From NCBI GenBank assembly GCA_964572485.1, contig CAZNGA010000002.1, positions 10,874 through 74,873 on the forward strand: 64,000 nucleotides of DNA. Direction: 5' to 3'. This document shows, in pieces, positions 48,901 through 57,412 of this stretch. Position 1 is the first letter of the stretch, and each line of letters begins with the position of its first letter. The stretch is from an uncultured Chitinophagales bacterium. Lineage in GTDB: Bacteria; Bacteroidota; Bacteroidia; Chitinophagales; CAZNGA01. Both the position numbers and the translations under genes were made by a program. The notes under the pieces are model-generated. The model did no database searches. It was not told the origin of the DNA and worked only from the letters and a program-made list of their open reading frames with translations.

Positions 48901-49385
48901 CGGCACTATGTATGTTGAACAACAAGGATAATGTCCTTTCTTTTTCTGGCGCACAAAATCCACTATACCTGATCAGAAAGGGTAAAGAACCCCTCAAAAC
49001 AAAAGCGGGAGAGGAAGTAGAAGTAAATCTGGAGGAAGAAGGCCTTAGGCTTTTTGAAGTAAAGGCGGATAAACAGCCGGTTTCTTATTATACCCACGAA
49101 AAGAAATCATTCACCAATCACGAGATTCCGCTGGAGAAAGGGGATGTATATTATATTTTCTCTGATGGCTTTCCAGATCAATTTGGTGGGCCTAAAGGGA
49201 AAAAATTTATGTATAAACGGTTCAAGCAATTATTGTTAAGTTTGCAAAGCAGAAGCATGGAAGAGCAGAAATTAGAACTTGACAGGGTAATTGAAGAATG
49301 GAAAGCATACGATAACCCTGAAGGTGGCGTTTTTGAGCAGATTGATGATATTATTATTATTGGTGTGCGCCATGAAGAAAATTAA
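45951..49385 (+). CDS. Sensor phosphatase: periplasmic two-component-regulator propeller repeats + Y_Y_Y-like domain, one TM, coiled coil, C-terminal PP2C/SpoIIE phosphatase
   Basis: Signal peptide. More than 12 repeats of the type L.ED..G.+W+GT..G+ (propeller). TM segment FYIICIGFIIIAVYVYI. The SpoIIE-type block is VSGDFYW...FTAADCTGHGVPGAFMS...DGMDAALC...IFSDGFPDQFGG. Confidence 0.85.
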   Translation: MKHLLFISIFLFCTSAFIFGQVGTGDTSAEGSFMLNGYNNFTTYSIEKGLPQSNIYSIIQDGHGYLWVGTDGGGVCKFDGSSFKIYDKKNGLSGNVVRSLLEDSKGRIWIGTDEGITVYNGLNFTNIGPEDSLSGNTVLALYEDTDNNIWAATDDGGVNKIRIENNSTIIESFTENEGLGSNSVFDIQQDNDGLIWLATMGGGISIISFHDDKNDSIKFDITVLEEGAEIPSALILSIEKDSNGDLYFGTYGSGAFKLDISEGFGSYSISTVAQLDTGTVWDICCRKNGEMWLGTLGNGIIRMKGSGDNDGPEYTHYSLPQGLPNNQILKVFEDNEMNMWLGTNGHGLCKYMGDYFTHYSKKEGLSNNMIWAIDQDEEGNFWIGSDGGGLSKLHFENGNPVFENFTTVDGLSSNFISDVAVGNANNPNIWIATTNKGICKFDPNNSEGNHFIALTLADGLIANSVSSILVDDHGIVWCGTAEGISRYDGVKFENLSMETMIMSDMGVKTIIRDKRGNFWFGSAGGLARYGGDGQLRTFDHEEGLMDLDINALAEGLNGNIWIGTNGGGIYEFDVKIADTSFPIHFVVDDSLLSSNSINSLVFVNDKVLIVATDRGFDKVQFDDQKKIIKTRSYNRSDGFIGVECNDNAIFKDKLGNIWFGTVKGISRYNPSKEHEMNEPPKVHLTSLQLFYKQVNWVSRVDSIIPWFNLPYSLDLPYTDNTLTFNFAGISLTNPEKVRYKFYLEGNDKEWAPLTNERKKDFSGLSHGTYTFHVKAINANGVESTEATTYSFEIHPPWYQTTTFYIICIGFIIIAVYVYIKWREQKLQKEKKVLEEKVEERTAEVVKQKDEIMEQKEEIEEKNKDIMDSINYAQTIQEAILPLEEERKALLKDSFVLFKPKDVVSGDFYWMAEKDGHTLFTAADCTGHGVPGAFMSMIGSALLTEVVIDQGKIQPNEVLNGVRDGIIKALKQTGAAGERKDGMDAALCMLNNKDNVLSFSGAQNPLYLIRKGKEPLKTKAGEEVEVNLEEEGLRLFEVKADKQPVSYYTHEKKSFTNHEIPLEKGDVYYIFSDGFPDQFGGPKGKKFMYKRFKQLLLSLQSRSMEEQKLELDRVIEEWKAYDNPEGGVFEQIDDIIIIGVRHEEN

Positions 49386-49415
49386 ATAATTGTTCCATCC
49401 AAAAAAAAAAAATCT

Positions 49416-49489
<74 letters not shown>

Positions 49490-49536
49490 CAAAGGGATGT
49501 TAAAGGATTTATGAATGGCTCGCTTGATCTGCGAGA

Positions 49537-50022
49537 TTATTTCCCTACAAAATGGGTTTCAAGCAAAGTGCTGATCTTTTCAACGGTCAGCGGTTTCTCC
49601 AGAAACTCTATTGTTGCTGTTTTAAAGGCCATCATTTCATCGGCATCGGTACGATGAAGATTTGAAAGCAATACGATCACCACCTTTTTGTCATGGTCAT
49701 GCTCGATCTTTTTAAAGAGTTTTAAAAACTCAAATCCATCCATTACCGGCATATTAATATCTAAAAATATTAATTCTGGAAGTTTATGAGTATAATTCAC
49801 TTCATAGTTACTACCTGCATTGTTGATAAAATCAATGGCTTCCTGGCCATTCTTAGCGATGTGAATTTGGTCTGCTACATTCAGCTTCTCAAGTAATACC
49901 TTATTGATAAAATTAGTCGTATCGTCATCATCAACTAACAGTACAGAACTAATTTGTTTATTATTATCCATTGAATTATTGATTATAGAAGCAGCATTCG
50001 AGGTTTTTTGGAATAATTTCAT
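49537..50022 (-). CDS. Single-domain response regulator (CheY-like receiver)
   Basis: VLLVDDDDTTNFI...IFLDINMPVMDGFEFL...VVIVLLS...KP: acidic pocket, phospho-acceptor Asp and conserved Lys. An alternative start is ATG 49971. Confidence 0.85.
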   Translation of the reverse strand: MKLFQKTSNAASIINNSMDNNKQISSVLLVDDDDTTNFINKVLLEKLNVADQIHIAKNGQEAIDFINNAGSNYEVNYTHKLPELIFLDINMPVMDGFEFLKLFKKIEHDHDKKVVIVLLSNLHRTDADEMMAFKTATIEFLEKPLTVEKISTLLETHFVGK

Positions 50023-50405
50023 ATGCGATCTCTTTTTCGTTTGGTTCGATACAAATATATATTACCTCTCTTCATATTGAAAGCCGAAACCATCTAAGCC
50101 TTTACTCATGTAAGTTTTAAAGCAAAAAGGGAGGGGGCAAACATAAATCTACATCTGCTTACGGGATTTATATATCACCATCAACAGAAAAAAATAGCAA
50201 AACCCTTACTATTGTTGTTGATCATTTTTCTCAATTTGGATATTCTGCCAATTTGCATCCAAAACTTACATAGGTAACTTTTATCTTGTTTTATCATTTT
50301 ATTTTAATCACTTGCGTTCTACATTGCTATAATAGACATCGGAACAAATAATGCCCGATACTGTGATCCCTGAATTTCGGTAGACCAATTATAATTGATC
50401 AAGTT

Positions 50406-52994
50406 ATGAAATTTAGTATTGGCAGGAAATTAATTATTGGCGTGGTAGCTATATTATTATTGATGGAGGTGATCATCATCACAGGGAAGAAGATCATTAA
50501 CCGTCTGGATGAAAGTAGCCAAGAAATCCTTACTAAATCTGAGGAGATCGAGTCAGTACAGGATCTAAGATTATCCTTACTTGAATTGACCATCCCAGCT
50601 CATGATTATATCTTCCATCACAATAGCAATGATATAAGGGAATTTAAGATCAAGTATGCTGTCACACAAGATAAGTTGAACAAATGTAATCAACTCATTT
50701 CAACACCTTCGAGCAAAAGGTATTTTGATAGGTTTGAAGTCATATTCCTGCGCGTGGGGTCAATCATTAATGAGATGATGACAAGCGATGAATCTGCAGG
50801 GCAAACATTCCACATCAATCAGATGAAAAAAATGGATGGTATTGTGGGCATGGCAATTCATGAACTAGATCTTCTTGTATCCACTACAAAATTAGAAATG
50901 GACGAGCTGAATGAGCAAAACCAGGCAATTATCTCAAATGGAAAAAAGAACATCATGCTCATTGGAATTGGCACAATACTATTTGGTTTGGTGGGTGGAT
51001 TCATCTACGTTCGAAAGATCACAATTCCTTTGAAACAATTGGCAAAGGCAACCAAACATATAATTTCAGGCAATTTAAAAACTGTAATTAAAGTAGGTTC
51101 CACAGATGAAGTTGGCTCACTGGCCAGATCATTCAATGAGATGACCGACACCCTTAATAAAACGACAGTATCTCGCAACTATTTTAACAATATCATTAAA
51201 AGCATCATTGATACAGTTATTGTTTCAGATTCCTCTGGTGAAATAAAAATTGCAAACCCGGCAACTCTTGCCCTGCTGGGCTATAAAGAAGATGAAATTA
51301 TTGGCCAACCATTGGAAACCATCTTCCCCTTGGAGTATAAGAATACCATTTTTAACTCGGGCAAGCTCTCCCATCAAATGGCCAAAGAAGGATTTATCAA
51401 GAATATTGAAACTCAATATCAGGCAAAATCAAAAAAGCGTATCCCCGTAATTTTCTCAAGCTCTATATTGAGGTACAATGACAATAATGTGAAAGGGGTT
51501 GTTTGCATTGCACAAGATATTTCAAAGCTCAAATTGGCAGAAGAGAATTTACAGCTTTCAAATGACATTCTACGTGAGATCGGCACGCTGGTCATTGTGT
51601 CTGATGTTAAAGGTGACATCATATACACTTCACCCTCCGTTAACAAGATAACAGGTCATACATCTGAAGAGCTTTTGAATAATGGATGGTGGGATCTCAC
51701 CTTCCCCGGTCGCAAAGAAAGTGAACGCAGAAAAAAAATAGCTATACAGCTTGCGCAAGGAATATTGCAAGCTGGAGATGAATTGTTTGAGAGGAAAGTA
51801 AAGTGTAAAAATGGAGATGGCAAATGGTTTCTGTGGCATAACTCACGCAGCATGGCCGGCTTGGCAATAAGCGTAGGTCATGATATTTCTGATAGAAGAA
51901 AGTTTGAAAAAGCACTGAAAAAAGAAAAGAAATTCAATGAGGTGATACTTTCTACCATCCCTGATGGTCTAGATATTGTGGATGAAGATTGGAATGTCAT
52001 CTTCATGAACCCATCCTTTCTTACCATTTTTGGTAAAAATGCGATTGGCAGAAAATGTTACAAAGTATATAAAGACAATAACAAGGCCTGCCATAATTGT
52101 TCACTAAAAAAGAAAATTGCTATTGGACAAACAAGGATATCTGTCGTCTCAGGTATGGCAAATAAGAGAACCTTTGAGATCAGTCAAACCGGATTACTAT
52201 TACCAGATGGGAAGAAAGCTATTTTAGAAGTTTTCAAAGACATTACCGACCATGAAAAAGCAAAAACCGAACTAAAAACACGAAACAAAGAATTGGAGAC
52301 ATTTCTATATAGAGCATCTCACGACCTTAAAGGGCCACTATCATCGATGGACGGGATCGTATCTATGGCAAAAGAAGAGTGTACCGAGCGTGGTTCAACC
52401 TATTATCTGAATTTGATTGATAAAGCGATTGAAAAATTAGATGATACGTTATTGGATCTTCTTCATATTGCAATGATCAAACAAGGAGATATCCTGATAG
52501 AACCTATCAATCTTGAAGAGCTGGTTCAAGAAATAATAAGCAACTATTCCAATCATCCAAATTATAAAACAATCGATTTCAAGTTGGATCTTCCAAGAAA
52601 TAATGACTTTTACTCTGACAGGAAAGTACTAAATATCCTTCTCCGAAACCTAATAGAAAATAGTATCAAATATTCCAGAATAGGCACAGAGGATCCATAT
52701 ATCAAGGTTGTATTAACAGAAAAAGAAGGCAATTCATATACCCTTACCATTTCAGATAATGGCATAGGCATTCCTCTAAAATATCATAAACGTATATTTG
52801 ATATGTTCTACAGAGCCAATGAGCAATCAAAAGGTTCGGGATTGGGCCTTTATATCGTAAAAAATGGTGTAGAAGAACTCAATGGGTCCATCGAAATTAA
52901 AAGCAAAAAAAATAAAGGGACTACATTCACAATTTCACTCCCGAAACCACAACTTTCCATTGCCAAAAATGGTCAAAATGCTGCTTCCGCTTAA
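50406..52994 (+). CDS. Membrane sensor histidine kinase (2 TM, HAMP, multiple PAS, HisKA, HATPase_c)
   Basis: TM1 at the N-terminus. TM2 IMLIGIGTILFGLVGGFIYV is followed by a HAMP (...DEVGSLARSFNEMTDTL). Three PAS-like segments. H-box FLYRASHDLKGPL. N/G boxes NLIENSIKYS, ISDNGIGIP, GSGLGLYIV. Confidence 0.9.
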   Translation: MKFSIGRKLIIGVVAILLLMEVIIITGKKIINRLDESSQEILTKSEEIESVQDLRLSLLELTIPAHDYIFHHNSNDIREFKIKYAVTQDKLNKCNQLISTPSSKRYFDRFEVIFLRVGSIINEMMTSDESAGQTFHINQMKKMDGIVGMAIHELDLLVSTTKLEMDELNEQNQAIISNGKKNIMLIGIGTILFGLVGGFIYVRKITIPLKQLAKATKHIISGNLKTVIKVGSTDEVGSLARSFNEMTDTLNKTTVSRNYFNNIIKSIIDTVIVSDSSGEIKIANPATLALLGYKEDEIIGQPLETIFPLEYKNTIFNSGKLSHQMAKEGFIKNIETQYQAKSKKRIPVIFSSSILRYNDNNVKGVVCIAQDISKLKLAEENLQLSNDILREIGTLVIVSDVKGDIIYTSPSVNKITGHTSEELLNNGWWDLTFPGRKESERRKKIAIQLAQGILQAGDELFERKVKCKNGDGKWFLWHNSRSMAGLAISVGHDISDRRKFEKALKKEKKFNEVILSTIPDGLDIVDEDWNVIFMNPSFLTIFGKNAIGRKCYKVYKDNNKACHNCSLKKKIAIGQTRISVVSGMANKRTFEISQTGLLLPDGKKAILEVFKDITDHEKAKTELKTRNKELETFLYRASHDLKGPLSSMDGIVSMAKEECTERGSTYYLNLIDKAIEKLDDTLLDLLHIAMIKQGDILIEPINLEELVQEIISNYSNHPNYKTIDFKLDLPRNNDFYSDRKVLNILLRNLIENSIKYSRIGTEDPYIKVVLTEKEGNSYTLTISDNGIGIPLKYHKRIFDMFYRANEQSKGSGLGLYIVKNGVEELNGSIEIKSKKNKGTTFTISLPKPQLSIAKNGQNAASA

Positions 52995-53249
52995 GTCCAA
53001 TAGAGACAGAAGATAACTGCATTACTACTTTCCAACTCAATTTCTGCTAATACCCTGAGTAGAATAATGGGTTTGATCAGTATGGAAATGAAATTTGCTA
53101 CAATATGCACTCCTGACACTAAATATGACAGTAAAGATGCTTTGCTTTTCAAAAAAATACCCTAATTTCACCATCTATTTATGGTCAAAGGTTTCCGGTA
53201 AAGTATCCGTCATCTTTCACCCAATTTTTAGAATAAAACAATTTATAAT

Positions 53250-54620
53250 ATGGAACAGTGGAATACATACCTTGATGAAAATAAAGAAAGGTTCTTGGAA
53301 GAACTTCTTGAATTATTGAGAATCCCGTCAGTAAGTGCAGATCCTAATTTCAAAGACGACGTATTTGAAGCGGCTGAAATGGTTAAATCAAGATTAACTG
53401 AAGCAGGAGCTGAGAATGTTGAATTGATCAATACTGAAGGGTATCCGATCGTTTATGGTGATAAGATCATTGACCCGGCATTACCTACAATATTGGTGTA
53501 TGGCCATTATGATGTACAACCCGCCGACCCTTACGATCTTTGGGAGTCTCCTCCATTTGAACCTGTTATAAAAGATGATATCATTCATGCCAGGGGATCC
53601 AGTGATGACAAAGGGCAATTATATATGCATGTCAAGGCACTTGAAATGATGATCAAGACCAACAGCATGACCTGCAATGTTAAATTTATGTTTGAAGGAG
53701 AAGAAGAAGTAGGATCCAGTAATCTGGGCAAATTCGTAATTGATAACAAGGAAAAATTAAAGTCTGATGTAGTCGCTATTTCTGATACGGCTATTGTTGC
53801 CAATGACATTCCATCTATTACGGCCGGGTTAAGAGGGTTAAGCTATGTAGAGGTACAACTCACAGGACCCAATATGGATCTTCATTCAGGAACCTATGGT
53901 GGTGGCGTTGGCAATCCTGCCAACATATTGTGCGAGTTGATCACTTCATTAAAAGACGAAAATAATCATATAACCATACCCGGATTTTATGATGACGTAG
54001 ACGAAATATCTGAAGAGCTGAGAGCAGAGATGGCTAAAGTTCCATTTAGTGAAGAGCAATATAAAAAAGACCTGAACGTAGATGCTTTGGTTGGGGAAGA
54101 AGGCTATACCACAGCTGAGAGGGTATCTGTAAGGCCAACTTTAGATGTGAACGGTATCTGGAGTGGTTATACCGGCGACGGAGCCAAAACGGTTATCCCT
54201 TCAATTGCGAGTGCTAAGATATCAATGCGATTGGTACCTAGTCAAAATTCAGACAAGATCACCGAGTTATTTGTCAAGCACTTTGAATCTATTGTTCCTA
54301 AAACTGTAAAAGTAAAAGTCACCGTACACCATGGTGGAGAACCTGCTGTAACTCCCACTGATTCTCCTGCTTATGTAGCAGCGAGTAAAGCTTATGAAGC
54401 AACATTTGGCAAAAAACCTTTGCCACAAATGACTGGCGGCTCTATACCGATCGTAGCGTTATTTGAAAAGGAATTGGGTGTTAAGTCAGTGTTAATGGGA
54501 TTTGGCTTGGATTCAGATGCTATTCATTCACCAAATGAACATTTTGGATTGTTCAATTATTATAAGGGTATTGAAACCATCCCCTATTTTCATAAGTATT
54601 TTGCAGAAGTAAATAATTGA
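53250..54620 (+). CDS. M20-family metallopeptidase (dipeptidase-type)
   Basis: VYGHYDVQPADP...W.SPPFEP, ARGSSDDKGQ, FEGEEEVGS, 456 aa. Confidence 0.85.
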   Translation: MEQWNTYLDENKERFLEELLELLRIPSVSADPNFKDDVFEAAEMVKSRLTEAGAENVELINTEGYPIVYGDKIIDPALPTILVYGHYDVQPADPYDLWESPPFEPVIKDDIIHARGSSDDKGQLYMHVKALEMMIKTNSMTCNVKFMFEGEEEVGSSNLGKFVIDNKEKLKSDVVAISDTAIVANDIPSITAGLRGLSYVEVQLTGPNMDLHSGTYGGGVGNPANILCELITSLKDENNHITIPGFYDDVDEISEELRAEMAKVPFSEEQYKKDLNVDALVGEEGYTTAERVSVRPTLDVNGIWSGYTGDGAKTVIPSIASAKISMRLVPSQNSDKITELFVKHFESIVPKTVKVKVTVHHGGEPAVTPTDSPAYVAASKAYEATFGKKPLPQMTGGSIPIVALFEKELGVKSVLMGFGLDSDAIHSPNEHFGLFNYYKGIETIPYFHKYFAEVNN

Positions 54621-54633
54621 TCATTTTCCGATT

Positions 54634-55365
54634 TTAACGTCGATCATAGACAAGCATTCTATTTCCGCCAATTACTAATACTTTGGATGTTGGGAACACC
54701 TTCCTGAAATGTTCCTGAAAAAAAAGTTCTGTTGCTTCAAGCAAGGTATTATTTGTAGCCATTCTGTTAAATAAAATAATCCCTTTATCATTAAGCAGGG
54801 CGGCTAACTTATGAAGAAATTTATCATCCTCAAATTTCTCCGGCACCTTATCATCGAAAAAGAGGTCTACAGCTATCAGATCATAGGTTGACTCTGAATT
54901 CATTACATGATCAAATCCATCCTGACATAATATTTCAATGGTTTCAACCGCAAGATCGTTGTTGTACTTATTGGCCAATCGAACCACTTCAGGGTCGATC
55001 TCAATCGCTACGAAGTTGGGCTCGCAGTGGTGATTCTTTTTCAAAATAGTAGGGATACTCCCCAAGCCCAATCCGAGCATTAACACATCATTTACCGGCT
55101 CACTTTCAATATCTATCGCCTTAAATGTGACGGCAAAAGATCTATACAGTTCTTCATAGGAGTAAATGGCATTGGCCGTATTCAACTTAAATTTTCCCTT
55201 ATGCAAAGTAACTTCAAGAGAAGAATTGAAAGTACTCGAAACTTTTTCAACTGACTGCTCAACCAAATAACTAAGCCAATGATCGATAGAATTAATTTGT
55301 TTCAATAGGTTGTCGGATTTATTTTTTCTGCAAATTACAACACGGCAAATCATACAATTGTGCAA
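54634..55365 (-). CDS. Class I SAM-dependent methyltransferase / spermidine-synthase-like protein
   Basis: VLMLGLGLGSIP (GxGxG), VAIEIDPEVVRLA, YDLIAVDLF. The start codon is uncertain. Confidence 0.6.
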   Translation of the reverse strand: MHNCMICRVVICRKNKSDNLLKQINSIDHWLSYLVEQSVEKVSSTFNSSLEVTLHKGKFKLNTANAIYSYEELYRSFAVTFKAIDIESEPVNDVLMLGLGLGSIPTILKKNHHCEPNFVAIEIDPEVVRLANKYNNDLAVETIEILCQDGFDHVMNSESTYDLIAVDLFFDDKVPEKFEDDKFLHKLAALLNDKGIILFNRMATNNTLLEATELFFQEHFRKVFPTSKVLVIGGNRMLVYDRR

Positions 55366-55482
55366 GGTCGCTTTTCATCAATAATAATCCAATTGTACCC
55401 ATATAAAGGTAGGAAAATTCTAGTATCTTTACGTTCGCTTATTCTATAGGAAATTATTATTTATACTCATAAATTGAATATT

Positions 55483-56382
55483 ATGAAAACCAGACACTTT
55501 CAGGTACTTACTATTGGGTTACTCATTATTCTGTTCTCAGGTTCTTGTGGTCAATCTCAGTATCCCGGGTACAAGGTGACCGATAATGGTTTGTATTATA
55601 ACATGATCGTAACGAATGATGAAGGAAAAGGGAGTAATGTTGGTGATATTTTGACAATGTCAATTGTGTTGATGAATGAAAACGATTCAATAATTTATGA
55701 TTCGAGGGAAAATAAAAGAGTAAGTAAGATCACTCTTGCTAAGAAGGAATTTGAGGGTGACATCATGGAGGGATTTCATATGATGTCAGTTGGAGATAGT
55801 GCTTCATTTATTGCAAGTGCTGCTTCCTTCTTTACAAGATCTGTCAGATCTGAGGTACCTTCATTTATTAAAGCAGGAAGCAATTTGAAATTTAATGTGA
55901 AGATGCTAAAAATTCAGTCACCTGAAGAATTGGGAGAGGAAATGCGGATCAAGGAAGAAAAGCGCATGGCTGAGACAGAAGAATTGATCGCAGCAGACAA
56001 AAAGCAAATGGAAAATTATTTAGAAAAGAATGGCATCGACGTAGCTCCTACAGAAAGCGGCTTATATTTCATAGAAATAGAAAAGGGTACAGGCCTACAA
56101 GCGGAAGCAGGAAATACAATAAGAATTCATTATACAGGCATGCTACTTGATGGCAGTGTGTTTTCAACCACTTCTGAAGGCAATCCTCTCGAATTCAGTC
56201 TGGGTAGTTTAACCGTGATTCCCGGGATCAATGAAGCTGTTGGCCGGATGAAGGTGGGGGGAAAAGTAAAACTGATCATTCCTTCATTCATTGCTTATGC
56301 GGATCGCCCTCCTAAGGGTACGATCATCAAAAAGTTCAATTCCCTGGTTATGGAAATTGAGTTAGTTAAGGTCATGAAATAA
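55483..56382 (+). CDS. FKBP-type peptidyl-prolyl cis-trans isomerase (two FKBP-like domains), exported
   Basis: ATG 55483 is preferred over the upstream TTG at 55474. Signal peptide/lipobox-like ...LFSGSCGQ. The C-terminal block is IRIHYTGMLLDGSVFSTT...PLEFSLGSLTVIPGINEAVGRMKVGGKVKLIIPS. Confidence 0.85.
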   Translation: MKTRHFQVLTIGLLIILFSGSCGQSQYPGYKVTDNGLYYNMIVTNDEGKGSNVGDILTMSIVLMNENDSIIYDSRENKRVSKITLAKKEFEGDIMEGFHMMSVGDSASFIASAASFFTRSVRSEVPSFIKAGSNLKFNVKMLKIQSPEELGEEMRIKEEKRMAETEELIAADKKQMENYLEKNGIDVAPTESGLYFIEIEKGTGLQAEAGNTIRIHYTGMLLDGSVFSTTSEGNPLEFSLGSLTVIPGINEAVGRMKVGGKVKLIIPSFIAYADRPPKGTIIKKFNSLVMEIELVKVMK

Positions 56383-56440
56383 CCTATAAGCACTCAAATT
56401 AAAAATATATTAGTTGGGAATCCTTTGAAAGGTAGTGGTT

Positions 56441-57010
56441 CTACTTTTTCTTCGGTTGTGATTTTTTGGCAGGGGCTTTTTTAGCTGCAGGTTTTTTGGC
56501 AGAGGCCTTTTTAGCTACCGGCACCTTCTTAGCAGTTGCCTTTGTCTCTTTCTTTTCAGCAGCTTTCTTAGGTGAAGCTGGTTTCTTAGCTACAGGTTTT
56601 TTTTCTCTTACAGCTTCTGAAGTGGTATCTCTTTTTGCGGCAGCTTTGGGGGTGGCAGTTTCTTCCTTCTCCTCTTTTTTAACCTCAGGTGGAGCTACCT
56701 TTTCCTCTTTAACTTTAACAGGTGTTTTCGCATCAATTTTGGCTTTCACATCCTGTTGAAACTCTAATATAGAAACAAAAGATCTGTTCTTCCTCCTTCT
56801 GGTAAATTCAACGTGTCCATCCACTAAAGCATATAATGTATGGTCTTTTCCCATTCCCACTCCTTTTCCGGGATGAAATTTTGTTCCCCTCTGACGAACA
56901 ATGATATTACCGGCAATGGCAGCCTGTCCACCATAGATCTTTACACCCAGCCGTTTACTTTCCGACTCTCTTCCATTACGTGTACTTCCCTGACCCTGTT
57001 TATGCGCCAT
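56441..57010 (-). CDS. rpmA: 50S ribosomal protein L27 with a 105-aa Lys/Ala/Pro-rich C-terminal extension
   Basis: Residues 1-84 ([69 protein letters not shown]...) are canonical bL27. Residues 85-189 (56444-56758) are KKPxAKK-type low complexity. Confidence 0.9.
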   Translation of the reverse strand: MAHKQGQGSTRNGRESESKRLGVKIYGGQAAIAGNIIVRQRGTKFHPGKGVGMGKDHTLYALVDGHVEFTRRRKNRSFVSILEFQQDVKAKIDAKTPVKVKEEKVAPPEVKKEEKEETATPKAAAKRDTTSEAVREKKPVAKKPASPKKAAEKKETKATAKKVPVAKKASAKKPAAKKAPAKKSQPKKK

Positions 57011-57021
57011 TACTACTTTTT

Positions 57022-57330
57022 TTAACCGATCTTATTGATCTTAATTTTCGAAAATTGTTGCCTGTGGCCATTCTTAACTTGATATCCTTTTCTCCTCTTC
57101 TTCTTGAATACGACCACTTTATCGCCCTGTTCATGAGATAGTATAGTTGCAGATATCTTCATATTTGGCAAATTGGGCTTCCCAACTTTTACTGCGCCTT
57201 TATTGTCAACTAACAGGACATTATCAAAAGTAACCTTGTCACCTTCTTTACCTCCAAGGTGATGCACAAATATCTCCTGATCTTTTTCGACCTTAAATTG
57301 TTGACCTGCTATTTCTACTATCGCAAACAT
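57022..57330 (-). CDS. rplU: 50S ribosomal protein L21
   Basis: ATG 57330 gives [25 protein letters not shown]..., 102 aa. It lies immediately upstream of rpmA (the conserved rplU-rpmA pair). Confidence 0.9.
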   Translation of the reverse strand: MFAIVEIAGQQFKVEKDQEIFVHHLGGKEGDKVTFDNVLLVDNKGAVKVGKPNLPNMKISATILSHEQGDKVVVFKKKRRKGYQVKNGHRQQFSKIKINKIG

Positions 57331-57351
57331 TTTTATTAATTTATGAGCGTG

Positions 57352-57359
57352 CAAAGATA
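57352..57359 (-). promoter_or_regulatory. Candidate -7 box (TATCTTTG on the minus strand) for rplU-rpmA
   Basis: The minus strand reads ...TTGATTTGTATCTTTGCACGC.... The box ends 21 nt upstream of ATG 57330. Confidence 0.4.
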
Positions 57360-57412
57360 CAAATCAATTTAAAGAAAACCAATTCTTACTACTGTTTTTA
57401 AAGGAGGTCTCT

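Noticed and set aside
49491-49536. A short hairpin CTCGC-TTGATCT-GCGAG downstream of the tRNA, considered as a terminator.
   Set aside because: It has only a 5-bp stem and no clear U-tract, which is too weak to call.
50108-50271. An 11-bp inverted repeat, ATGTAAGTTTT (50108-50118) / AAAACTTACAT (50261-50271), in the REC/kinase divergent region.
   Set aside because: It does not extend in either direction. By rough estimate, several 11-nt inverted matches within 1 kb are expected by chance in 64 kb of AT-rich DNA.
56466-56759. A plus-strand 97-aa ORF ([19 protein letters not shown]...) opposite the L27 tail.
   Set aside because: It is an antisense composition artefact of the Lys/Ala-rich tail.
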